Assembly: GCA_024691325.1 (NCBI GenBank) | Contig: JAILNR010000012.1 | Location: 37,999-101,998 of the forward strand | Length of the DNA stretch: 64,000 nucleotides | Reading direction: 5' to 3' | Source: Saccharofermentans sp. | Lineage (GTDB): Bacteria; Bacillota; Clostridia; Saccharofermentanales; Saccharofermentanaceae | Shown here: piece by piece, positions 1 to 8,546 of the stretch | Numbering within the stretch: the first letter of the stretch is position 1 | Layout: each line of letters starts with the position of its first letter | Translations under genes and position numbers: made by a program | The notes under the pieces: generated by a model | Told to the model about the DNA's origin: nothing | Databases searched by the model: none | The model's input: only the letters and a program-made list of their open reading frames with translations

Positions 1-206
1 TAGATGGCAAGAATACAGGAAACAGTAATAGCCATAAGGACGATTACATAAACTGATCTTGTTACGGGATTGGTTACAATTGAAGACAACGGGGACAGCA
101 AATCAGCAAAGATACCGTCATCAATAACAGCAAACAGCAAAATTATGGATAACAGCGCCAAAGCTACTGAATATATAAAAAGCAAGAAACGCATCAAACC
201 ATTCAT
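1..206 (-). CDS. Small membrane protein, N-terminal part only (runs off the window); Asp23-associated, possibly AmaP-like anchor
   Basis: Not in the ORF track because it is truncated. The reverse-strand ATG at 206..204 overlaps the upstream TGA (ATGA). Translation MNGLMRFLLFIYSVALALLSIILLFAVIDDG... is a TM helix. It lies directly downstream of an Asp23-family gene. Confidence 0.4.
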   Translation of the reverse strand, partial: MNGLMRFLLFIYSVALALLSIILLFAVIDDGIFADLLSPLSSIVTNPVTRSVYVIVLMAITVSCILAI

Positions 207-598
207 GTGTTTAAAGTCTCCTCGTCAGATATTTCTTTATCCTTAACCCCGCATACATATACATCAACTGATTCAACATCAAGTCCTGTATACAATTCAA
301 CGTCCTTCTTAACTTTATCCTGGATTTCCCAAGCAACCTCAGGTATTACCATTCCATAGTAAATAACCGGATATACGGTAATAGAAACACCTTCCTTGCC
401 GGAGTCGCCAAAGACAACTCTAACGCCCTTACCTTCGTGTACAACTCCGGATTTTTCTTTCAAAGCAACGGCAAAAGAAGGTTTAAGTTCAAATACCCCT
501 TCGATCTGAAGCGCGGCCTCCGCTGCGTATTGCGCAACGAAGCCTTGCGTCATCGATCTGTCGCCTTTTATGGATTCAATGTTTGAATTAACGCTCAT
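203..598 (-). CDS. Asp23/Gls24 family alkaline-shock/envelope stress protein
   Basis: 131 aa. The pattern ...AAEAALQIEGV...VHEGKGVRV...VSITVYPVIYYG..IPEVAWEIQDKVKKDVE..TGL.V..VDVYV is typical of Asp23. Confidence 0.85.
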   Translation of the reverse strand: MSVNSNIESIKGDRSMTQGFVAQYAAEAALQIEGVFELKPSFAVALKEKSGVVHEGKGVRVVFGDSGKEGVSITVYPVIYYGMVIPEVAWEIQDKVKKDVELYTGLDVESVDVYVCGVKDKEISDEETLNT

Positions 599-624
599 TA
601 TCCTCTAAGGCCGGGGAGCATGCA

Positions 625-1182
625 TTAAGCACGCTCGAGATAATCACCAGTTCTTGTATCAACTCTGATTGTCTCACCCTGGTTAACGAACAGAGGAACC
701 TTAACTGTTGCACCAGTCTCCAAAGTTGCATACTTACTTGCATTATTTGTTGTATCGCCTCTTACACCGGGCTCACACTCAGTAATAACAAGCTCAACTG
801 TGATAGGAAGCTCTACAGAGAATACTTCACCCTTGTAGGAAAGAACCTTACAGATCATCTCTTCCTTAAGGAACTTGATTGCATCTCCGATAGGAGCAGC
901 ATGAATAGGAAGCTGATCATAGGATTCCTGATCCATGAAGTAGTAAAGCTCGCCGTCGTTATAGAGATACTGCATATCTCTTCTGTCGAGATGAGCCTCT
1001 TCAAACTTCTCGTTAGGGTTGAAAGATCTCTCAACTACTGAGCCTGTCTTAACATTCTTATACTTTGTTCTTACAAAAGCAGCTCCCTTACCGGGCTTAA
1101 CGTGCTGGAACTCAACTACCTGATAAACCTGATTGTCCATCTCAAAGCAAAGTCCGTTTCTGAAATCGCCTGCGCTGATCAT
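625..1182 (-). CDS. efp: Translation elongation factor P
   Basis: 185 aa, with the [12 protein letters not shown] loop and three-domain EF-P length. Confidence 0.97.
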   Translation of the reverse strand: MISAGDFRNGLCFEMDNQVYQVVEFQHVKPGKGAAFVRTKYKNVKTGSVVERSFNPNEKFEEAHLDRRDMQYLYNDGELYYFMDQESYDQLPIHAAPIGDAIKFLKEEMICKVLSYKGEVFSVELPITVELVITECEPGVRGDTTNNASKYATLETGATVKVPLFVNQGETIRVDTRTGDYLERA

Positions 1183-1302
1183 AATAATCTCCTTAAAAAA
1201 TAATATTTAATTACATCACGTTATTTTACTTAAAAGAATAAAAATATGCAACAACCGTCTTAACTGTTGAATTTGGGCATTTGAGGTTATAAAATCGAAT
1301 CG

Positions 1303-2970
1303 ATGAGCATCAATACAAACGACATCCATGCACTTATCAAAGTCTGTCAGAATTTTGATGACACTTTCGCAGATAACGAGATAGTTGAATTGTTTGCCAG
1401 CATACTCGATATCAGCAAGGTCTCTTACCGCGTCTTCTTTAACGATGTATGTGTTGAATCCGCTGTAGTTTATAACTCATCTAATTCCGGTCTTGGCGAA
1501 GAATTCAGTTTCCAGCGTATGGCGAGCGACGACCGTCTTATCGTTGTAAAGATATTCCGCGCATCTGATGCCATCAAGATGACTGAGGAAGAAAACAATG
1601 TCCTTATGACTTTCGGAGAGACAGTTCTTTCCGGAATCTGTGTTAAGAATCTTGTCATAGCTTACGAGAACGCAAGATACTATGACTCATTGACTCAACT
1701 TACCAATGTAAATTACTTCTTAGCACACCTTGATAATCTTCTGTCTTCAGAAAGATACGAACAGTATAGTGTTGCATGCGTCAACATTAAAAACTGCGGC
1801 TCGATAAACAGGATATTCGGATCTGATATAACGGACAGCATAATCAAAGACTTTGCCCAGGATAATCTCGATCTTTTTAAATTCGAGGATATGGAAGTGT
1901 TCTCAAGATTATCTTCCGACAGCTTTATCATGGTAACAAAGACAGAGAACATAGACAACATAGTAAACCGTATGAACAACAGCGAAGTAAGCGTTGACTT
2001 AAACGGGGATATTGTTGATTACAACGTAAGAATCAGAGCAGGAATCGTTAATCTTAAGTCAAACAACAGGAAAAGCAGCGATATTATTCATCTGGCTGAA
2101 CATGCCCTTGCTTTCTCAAGACTTCCCGAATACCCGGATATCTACTACATAAACGGTGACGGCGAATCAAACGGAAATCTGTCTTCCGTAAGTGCATCTG
2201 AGATAAACTCAGCACTTAAGAATAACCAGCTGCTTGTTTACTACTATCCAATAGTCAACAAGAAGATATCACCTGACAAGAAAAAGCTGATTGGAGCCGA
2301 AGCAGTTGTAATGTGGAAAAAAGACGGCCGTATGATCGATCCCACGACTCTTATCCCATCTGCCGGCAACAACAATCTAATCCGCGACATTAATGATTTT
2401 GTATTCAGAAAAGTATGCGAGACTATTAACGCCTGGGAAGCAGACGGAATTGAATCCGTCCCTATTGCAATTAAGCTTACGGCATTTGATTACTTTAACA
2501 CGGCTTTTGCGGACAATATTTTAAGATGCATAGACAGATATCATATCGACAGAAGCAAGATAATTCTCGAATTTGATGAAGAGAGCTTCCACGGACATTA
2601 TGATGAGATGAAAGTTGCAACTGACAAGTTCACTTCAGCAGGTGTCCGTATCACCATTCTTAACTACGGCGGTAATTCATCATCGCTTAAACTTTTGGGA
2701 ACTTTCAATTTTGATTTTCTTAAGCTCAATCCTGAACTTCTTAATTCCACTTCAGCTAAGGATGTAATTATTGTGGAGAATATAATAACGATGGCTCACA
2801 GATTGGGCTACGAAGTAATCTGCGTTGATCCTGCAAACGAAGAAAAGGTTAAGAGCATCTCATCATCAGGATGCAATCTTTTCCAGGGAGACATGTTTGA
2901 TAAGGCATTGTCAGAGAGGTTCTTCAGAAGACGTCTTTCGAACCCTGATTATGCTGCTAAGAATCAGTGA
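1303..2970 (+). CDS. Signalling protein with degenerate GGDEF and degenerate EAL domains
   Basis: 555 aa. GGDEF-fold entry YYDSLTQLTNVNYF, but the signature reads SRLSSDSF instead of GGDEF. EAL-fold motifs are EAVVMW (for EALxR), ILEFDE (for ELTE), NYGGNSSS (for DDFGTGYS) and FQGDMF (for QGxxF). Confidence 0.8.
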   Translation: MSINTNDIHALIKVCQNFDDTFADNEIVELFASILDISKVSYRVFFNDVCVESAVVYNSSNSGLGEEFSFQRMASDDRLIVVKIFRASDAIKMTEEENNVLMTFGETVLSGICVKNLVIAYENARYYDSLTQLTNVNYFLAHLDNLLSSERYEQYSVACVNIKNCGSINRIFGSDITDSIIKDFAQDNLDLFKFEDMEVFSRLSSDSFIMVTKTENIDNIVNRMNNSEVSVDLNGDIVDYNVRIRAGIVNLKSNNRKSSDIIHLAEHALAFSRLPEYPDIYYINGDGESNGNLSSVSASEINSALKNNQLLVYYYPIVNKKISPDKKKLIGAEAVVMWKKDGRMIDPTTLIPSAGNNNLIRDINDFVFRKVCETINAWEADGIESVPIAIKLTAFDYFNTAFADNILRCIDRYHIDRSKIILEFDEESFHGHYDEMKVATDKFTSAGVRITILNYGGNSSSLKLLGTFNFDFLKLNPELLNSTSAKDVIIVENIITMAHRLGYEVICVDPANEEKVKSISSSGCNLFQGDMFDKALSERFFRRRLSNPDYAAKNQ

Positions 2971-3611
2971 ATAGTTTTAAGGAATGACCTTCTGTGGATC
3001 GGACACATGCCGAGTTCACGGATTGCTTTATAATGGGCTGCTGTACCATATCCCTTATGACCTGCAAAACCATAACCCGGATATTCTTCATCATAAGCAG
3101 CCATTATCCGGTCCCTTGTTACCTTAGCAAGTATAGAAGCTGCAGCTATTGAATTAGAATTCGCATCTCCCTTGATTATAGGAACGATTACTCCAACACC
3201 GGTATTATCGAGCTTAACTGCATCGATAAGAAGCACATCGGCTTTATAGCCTTTATTCCCGAGACCGCGAACACAATTTCTCATTGCTTTCTTTGTTGCT
3301 TCAAGAATATTGATACTGTCTATGACATCAGCCTCTTCACGGCAGATCTCATAGCAAACAGCTTTTTCAATGATCTCATCATAAAGAGCATCTCTTCTCT
3401 TAGCTGAGAGTTTCTTCGAGTCATCAAGACCTAATATCTTTACATCCGGATCAAGAATGCAGGCCGCAGCTACGACAGGTCCTGCCAAAGGACCTCTTCC
3501 CGCTTCATCTATACCGGCAATATTTATATAACCCTGACCAAGATACTCATTCTCGTATTTGCTTAGATCAAGGTATTTCCGCTCGAGCTGTTCAACCGTA
3601 AGTCTTGCCAT
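2964..3611 (-). CDS. rnhB: Ribonuclease HII
   Basis: 215 aa, with the GIDEAGRGPLAGPVV active-site motif. Confidence 0.93.
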   Translation of the reverse strand: MARLTVEQLERKYLDLSKYENEYLGQGYINIAGIDEAGRGPLAGPVVAAACILDPDVKILGLDDSKKLSAKRRDALYDEIIEKAVCYEICREEADVIDSINILEATKKAMRNCVRGLGNKGYKADVLLIDAVKLDNTGVGVIVPIIKGDANSNSIAAASILAKVTRDRIMAAYDEEYPGYGFAGHKGYGTAAHYKAIRELGMCPIHRRSFLKTIH

Positions 3612-4471
3612 TATAGATTCCCCTGTGCATTCTCCAAAGTAATCCGTCCGATCCTTCCGGATTTAAGATCATCGATAAGAAGTCTGGCGAATCTTTCTTC
3701 ATCCACTCTGCCGCCGCTCATAATGCATCCTTTCTTCTTACCCATCATTAGAAATCTGTCGTATTTGTCAGTAATACCGTCAAAATTTCCGTAACGGTCT
3801 TCCATCAAAGAAGGATAAAGATCCCACAAAAGATTGGCAGCATCATATGCCACTTCAACCATATCAGTAACTTCTGCTTTAACTGCACCTGTTGCAGCGA
3901 GAACAACCTGATTTCTTCTCGCACCGAGCTTAGGCCACAATACGCCGGGCATATCCATCAGTTCAAGCCTTCCGCCTGTCGGTATCCACTTAGGCTGTCT
4001 GGTAACGCCGGGCTTATCACCCGTAACAGCCGCCTTCTTTCCTGCCAGTGTATTAATAAGTGTGGATTTACCCGAATTCGGTACACCAACAACCATTACC
4101 CTGACAGGTCTTCCGGTGCGGCCTTTTGCTGCAGCCTTATCAAGAGTATCCTTCATAAGATTCATAGTAAGATCTGTAAGTTTAGAAATACTCTTCTTAT
4201 CGACAGCTTCAAGATCGACTGCATATGTTCCATCTTTATTCAAATGCTTCACCCATTCAGCTGTAAGCTTGGGGTCAGCAAGGTCAGCCTTATTAAGAAT
4301 TACGATCCTCTTCTTGTCACCGATAATCTTGGATAACTCAGGATTACGGCTCGAGTAAGGAATTCTTGCATCACATGTCTCATAAACCAGATCTACGAGT
4401 TTAAGCTTGTCAGAAGTATCATTGAGGGCCTTACGCATGTGCCCCGGAAACCAGTTAATATCTTGTGCCAT
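3611..4471 (-). CDS. rbgA: Ribosome biogenesis GTPase A (YlqF/RbgA)
   Basis: 286 aa. Circularly permuted GTPase: NKADL (G4) precedes GVPNSGKST (G1). Confidence 0.93.
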   Translation of the reverse strand: MAQDINWFPGHMRKALNDTSDKLKLVDLVYETCDARIPYSSRNPELSKIIGDKKRIVILNKADLADPKLTAEWVKHLNKDGTYAVDLEAVDKKSISKLTDLTMNLMKDTLDKAAAKGRTGRPVRVMVVGVPNSGKSTLINTLAGKKAAVTGDKPGVTRQPKWIPTGGRLELMDMPGVLWPKLGARRNQVVLAATGAVKAEVTDMVEVAYDAANLLWDLYPSLMEDRYGNFDGITDKYDRFLMMGKKKGCIMSGGRVDEERFARLLIDDLKSGRIGRITLENAQGNL

Positions 4472-4485
4472 GAGGATATATTAAC

Positions 4486-4518
4486 ATAAAAATAAGACAC
4501 CGCGATGTGCAGTGTCTT
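4486..4518 (-). terminator. Rho-independent terminator after rplS
   Basis: Arms aagacac (4494-4500) and gtgtctt (4512-4518), followed on the minus strand by a U-rich tract (tatttttat). Confidence 0.55.
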
Positions 4519-4545
4519 AAATTTAAAGTCTCAGTAACTTTAGAA

Positions 4546-4887
4546 TCAAAGCTTCTCCTGAATACGTGCTGCCTTACCCTGGCGGCCTCTCAAGTAATAA
4601 AGCTTAGCTCTTCTGATCTTACCCTTTCTCATTACCTCGATCTTCTCGATCTTAGGTGAATTAACAGGCAAGATTCTCTCGACGCCTACGCCGTATGAGA
4701 TACGACGGATTGTGATCGTCTCTGAAAGTCCGCCGCCCTTTCTGGCAATTACATAGCCGTCAAAGACCTGGACACGCTCACGAGTGCCCTCCTTGATCTT
4801 GAGATATGCTTTAACATAATCACCAATCTCAACTTCGGGGAAAGTATTCTTAACGTTCTCGCTCTCGATTACTTTTACCAAATCCAT
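4546..4887 (-). CDS. rplS: 50S ribosomal protein L19
   Basis: 113 aa with a typical L19 sequence (..[34 protein letters not shown]). Confidence 0.97.
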   Translation of the reverse strand: MDLVKVIESENVKNTFPEVEIGDYVKAYLKIKEGTRERVQVFDGYVIARKGGGLSETITIRRISYGVGVERILPVNSPKIEKIEVMRKGKIRRAKLYYLRGRQGKAARIQEKL

Positions 4888-4967
4888 TTGAGTTTCCTCC
4901 TTCTCCTGCAGGCGTTCGTTAAAATCTTATATTCCAGAGGACCGCCCTGATCAACCAAAATAAAATA

Positions 4968-5711
4968 TCATAAAGACCTGCGCATGGCAAGCATTTTTTG
5001 CCAAGCAGTCTCGGATATTTCCAATTTATCTAACATATCGGGCCTTTTTACCCATGTTTCCACCAATGAAGCCGTTCTTCTGTGGTCCTCTATCGCAGCA
5101 TCATTTCCTGACAAAAGCACCGGCGGCACTTCCAAATCCTTCCATGTGGAAGGCATAGTATACTGCGGGGACTCGAGCACGCCGTCCATATGCGATTCAT
5201 TCGTAAATGCATCCTCATTAGGAAGCACGCCCTCTATCATTCTTGAAACCGAATCGATTATTACGCAGGCTGCAAGCTCACCACCCGTCAAAACATAATC
5301 GCCGATAGAGATCTCCTCATCACAAATAAGATCGACCGCCCTGCTGTCTATGCCCTCGTAATGACCACAGATAATGCAGACTTCCTTTTTACGGGACAAT
5401 TCAATTGCCTTCTTCTGATCAAGAACGCTGCCCTTGGGGCTGACATAAACCGTGTAAGGCCTGTCCTCCTCCTTTTCGAAAAGGCTGCGCCAGCTGTCAT
5501 AAACTGACCTTGCCGTAATAAGCAAGCCGGTACCGCCGCCGTAAACCGTGTCATCGACTTTGCCGTAGGTATTACCGCAGAAGTCACGCATGTTTACTGT
5601 CTTCAGGTTAATTATCCCCTTAGCAAGAGCGCGTCCCGTGATGCTCTCTTTAACATTCCTCTCGATCTGTTCGGGGAAAAGTGTCAGAACATCAAACGTC
5701 ATAGAGCTCAT
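4968..5711 (-). CDS. trmD: tRNA (guanine37-N1)-methyltransferase
   Basis: 247 aa with FDVLTLFPE, GHYEGID and LTGGE motifs. The true start may be the Met at 5702. Confidence 0.96.
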   Translation of the reverse strand: MSSMTFDVLTLFPEQIERNVKESITGRALAKGIINLKTVNMRDFCGNTYGKVDDTVYGGGTGLLITARSVYDSWRSLFEKEEDRPYTVYVSPKGSVLDQKKAIELSRKKEVCIICGHYEGIDSRAVDLICDEEISIGDYVLTGGELAACVIIDSVSRMIEGVLPNEDAFTNESHMDGVLESPQYTMPSTWKDLEVPPVLLSGNDAAIEDHRRTASLVETWVKRPDMLDKLEISETAWQKMLAMRRSL

Positions 5712-6222
5712 ACAAACCCGCGGGGAGCCTGCACTTAACGATATTCTGTGCAGGTCTTACATCATAGAAGATTTCCTTTGCAAAAGGAATAAGCAAGTCC
5801 TGCTTTCCTTTTCTTTGAACCATGACAATATGCTTGGGACCGGACTTATAAACGTCCTTAATAACACCTAACAGACCACGCTCGTCATCGGTTACCTCAA
5901 GACCTTTAAGATCCTCGATAAAGTAACTTCCTTCCTCAAGCTTAACTGCATTCTTGCGGTCAACGCTTATAAATCTGCCCTTTAAAATTTCAGCCATATT
6001 ACGGTCATCGCAGCCTTCAAGCCTTACGAGTACCCGGTCTCTGTCGATCCTTGCTGCCTTGATCACACAAGGTGATTCAGAGTCAGCATTTTCATCACAA
6101 AGAAAAGCCTCTTTGAGTTTCAAAAAGCGGCGGGCATCGTCCGTCAAAGGAAAGACTGTAAGCTCTCCTCTGACGCCGTGCGCCGCCGTTATTTTTCCGA
6201 TTATAAGACGACCTGCCGTCAT
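5692..6222 (-). CDS. rimM: 16S rRNA processing protein RimM
   Basis: 176 aa with GKITAAHGVRGEL at the N-terminus and a PRC barrel. It sits in the conserved position between the KH gene and trmD. Confidence 0.93.
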   Translation of the reverse strand: MTAGRLIIGKITAAHGVRGELTVFPLTDDARRFLKLKEAFLCDENADSESPCVIKAARIDRDRVLVRLEGCDDRNMAEILKGRFISVDRKNAVKLEEGSYFIEDLKGLEVTDDERGLLGVIKDVYKSGPKHIVMVQRKGKQDLLIPFAKEIFYDVRPAQNIVKCRLPAGLYELYDV

Positions 6223-6446
6223 CCTACGATATCAACAACTACCCTCTTACCGGACTTAAGATACTTGGCCTTCATGATAGAACGGATAGCCTGTGCTCTC
6301 TTACCGTTCTTGCCGATTATCTTACCCATATCATCAGGAGCTACAGAGAGCTCAAAGATGACTGTGTTGCCGCGTTCAGTCTTCTTAACCTGAACATCAT
6401 CCGGATTGCTTACGAGGGACTTAGCCATGTAAGTAAGTAATTCCAT
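6219..6446 (-). CDS. KH-domain RNA-binding protein (YlqC family)
   Basis: 75 aa with a GKIIGKNGKRAQAIR GXXG loop. Conserved position between rpsP and rimM. Confidence 0.85.
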   Translation of the reverse strand: MELLTYMAKSLVSNPDDVQVKKTERGNTVIFELSVAPDDMGKIIGKNGKRAQAIRSIMKAKYLKSGKRVVVDIVG

Positions 6447-6456
6447 TTATGTCACC

Positions 6457-6702
6457 TCAGATAATGCCCTGCTTCTTCAAAAGTGCACGAACAGTATCAG
6501 TAGGCTGTGCACCATTGCCGATCCACTTCTTAGCTGCATCAGCATCGATGGAAACCTGCTTATCATCAGATGTCATGGGATCGTATGTACCGATCTCCTC
6601 AATGAAACGACCGTTTCTGGGATATCTTGAGTCAGCAACAACTACTCTGTAGAAAGGTGCCTTCTTCTTACCAAGTCTCTTCAAACGAATCTTAACTGCC
6701 AT
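6457..6702 (-). CDS. rpsP: 30S ribosomal protein S16
   Basis: 81 aa, starting [26 protein letters not shown]. Confidence 0.97.
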   Translation of the reverse strand: MAVKIRLKRLGKKKAPFYRVVVADSRYPRNGRFIEEIGTYDPMTSDDKQVSIDADAAKKWIGNGAQPTDTVRALLKKQGII

Positions 6703-6770
6703 TTTCTTTTTCCTCCAATATTTAATTTCTTATTTTGTATATTGATAAAACCTGTATGGTCTTGATCACA

Positions 6771-8144
6771 TCAGAAAAAACCTCTGCGGCCGAATCCACC
6801 GCCAAGTCCGCCCAACTTACCGCCTGGGAATCCCTTGGGGAGCTTAAGTCCGCCCTTACCGAACTGCTTCATGAGCTTAGCGCTCTGCTCATACTGCTTC
6901 ATAAGATTATTAACTTCCTGTACTGTTGTACCGGAACCTGCAGCTATTCTCTTTCTTCTGCTTGCATTAAGAAGATTGGGATTTCTCCTCTCCTTCATAG
7001 TCATCGATCTTATGATAGCCATATTGCGGTTGATAGCCACTTCAGAATCATCAAGCTGCTCATCTGTAACCTTGCCGGAAACTCCGGGGATCATTCCGAG
7101 AAGATCCTTCATAGATCCCATCTTCTTCATCTGCTCGAACTGGGAAAGAAGATCATTAAGATCAAACTTGTTAGAAAGCATCTTCTCAAGAGATTTCTGA
7201 GCTTCCTCCTCATCGATATTCTGTGATGCTTTCTCGATAAGTGTCATCACATCACCCATTCCGAGGATCCTGTCAGCCATTCTGCCGGGATGGAAAACCT
7301 CGATCTTGTCGATCTTCTCACCAACGCAGATATACTTGATAGGCTTACCCGTCATCTTTCTAATCGAGAGGGCAGCACCGCCTCGTGCATCACCGTCGAG
7401 CTTTGTCATAATGAAGCCGTCCATACCGATAGACTCTTCAAATGTCGTAGCGACATTCACGGCTTCCTGACCGATCATAGCATCTACAACAAGAAGCTTC
7501 TCATCAGGATTAACAGCTTCATTGATCATCTTAAGTTCAGCCATCATCTCATCATCAACAACAGTACGTCCTGCGGTATCAACGATAAGATAATTACAGA
7601 GCATATACTTAGCCTTATCGATGCCTTCCCTGGCAATCTTTACGGCATCTTTCTGTTCGGGATTTATATAACAATCAATTCCGACGCTGTCTGCAAGCAC
7701 CTTAAGCTGCTCGGCAGCAGCAGGTCTGTGGACATCAACCGATACAACCATCGGCTTCTTTCCGTCTTTTTTAAGAATGTTTGCAAGCTTAACTGCTGTG
7801 GTTGTCTTACCTGCACCCTGAAGACCATAGAGCATTACAACCGTAAATCCTGAGGAAGAAACATTAATCTTCGCATCTGACTCACCTAAAAGCTCTGTTA
7901 ATGACTCATGTACGATCTTTACTATCTGCTGACCGGGAGTAAAACTGCCTTCAATATCTGCATTAAGGCACTTCTCCTGCATATCCTTAACGAAGTCCTT
8001 GGTAACCTGGTAGTTAACATCGGCTTCAAGAAGCGCCATCCTGATCTGCTTCATCATATCTTTTATATCAGCTTCAGTTACGCGTGCTTTACCGCGCATG
8101 GAAGCTGTTATCTTCTGAAGTTTTGCCGACAGGCTTTCAAACAT
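6771..8144 (-). CDS. ffh: Signal recognition particle protein Ffh
   Basis: 457 aa with GLQGAGKTTT, DTAGR, TKLDGDARGG and a Met-rich M domain. Confidence 0.97.
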   Translation of the reverse strand: MFESLSAKLQKITASMRGKARVTEADIKDMMKQIRMALLEADVNYQVTKDFVKDMQEKCLNADIEGSFTPGQQIVKIVHESLTELLGESDAKINVSSSGFTVVMLYGLQGAGKTTTAVKLANILKKDGKKPMVVSVDVHRPAAAEQLKVLADSVGIDCYINPEQKDAVKIAREGIDKAKYMLCNYLIVDTAGRTVVDDEMMAELKMINEAVNPDEKLLVVDAMIGQEAVNVATTFEESIGMDGFIMTKLDGDARGGAALSIRKMTGKPIKYICVGEKIDKIEVFHPGRMADRILGMGDVMTLIEKASQNIDEEEAQKSLEKMLSNKFDLNDLLSQFEQMKKMGSMKDLLGMIPGVSGKVTDEQLDDSEVAINRNMAIIRSMTMKERRNPNLLNASRRKRIAAGSGTTVQEVNNLMKQYEQSAKLMKQFGKGGLKLPKGFPGGKLGGLGGGFGRRGFF

Positions 8145-8147
8145 TGA

Positions 8148-8474
8148 TTACTCCTCTATCTCATCAGCAAGGTCAGAAAGCACCACCCTTGCATCATCAT
8201 ATTTGTTATTGTCCATAAGGCTTATCGCCTTATTAATAGTCTTCTTTTGCTCAAGGAACCTCTTAACAAGTCCCAGTTTGACCTCATATTCCTTAAGCTG
8301 CAGCAGTCCCCGCTTAACCTTGTCATGTACGCCTTGTCTTGATATATCTTCTTCCGCTGCTATTTCCGTTAGCGAGAGATCATCATTAAGATACATCTCA
8401 AGGGTAAGCCTCATCTTATCTGTAAGGAGATTCCCGTAAAAATCCAATAAAAGACTGTCTTCAACGGACTTCAT
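8148..8474 (-). CDS. ylxM: YlxM/UPF0122 helix-turn-helix protein
   Basis: 108 aa with an LSLTEIAAEEDISRQGVHDKVKR sigma-r4-like HTH. Conserved position upstream of ffh. Confidence 0.85.
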   Translation of the reverse strand: MKSVEDSLLLDFYGNLLTDKMRLTLEMYLNDDLSLTEIAAEEDISRQGVHDKVKRGLLQLKEYEVKLGLVKRFLEQKKTINKAISLMDNNKYDDARVVLSDLADEIEE

Positions 8475-8546
8475 GAGATACCCCCTGACTTATAGACCTT
8501 GAGCATAATATTACAATAAGGATATCCTGTCAAGTATTTTTACTTG

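Noticed and set aside
6735-7853. Plus-strand ORFs of 163, 121 and 187 aa opposite ffh
   Set aside because: They are antisense to a highly conserved, motif-complete ffh gene and have no RBS or motifs. The same reasoning applies to the other antisense ORFs in the track (for example 16822..17568, 21596..22105, 22323..22868, 28313..28828, 36543..36965 and 56315..56779).
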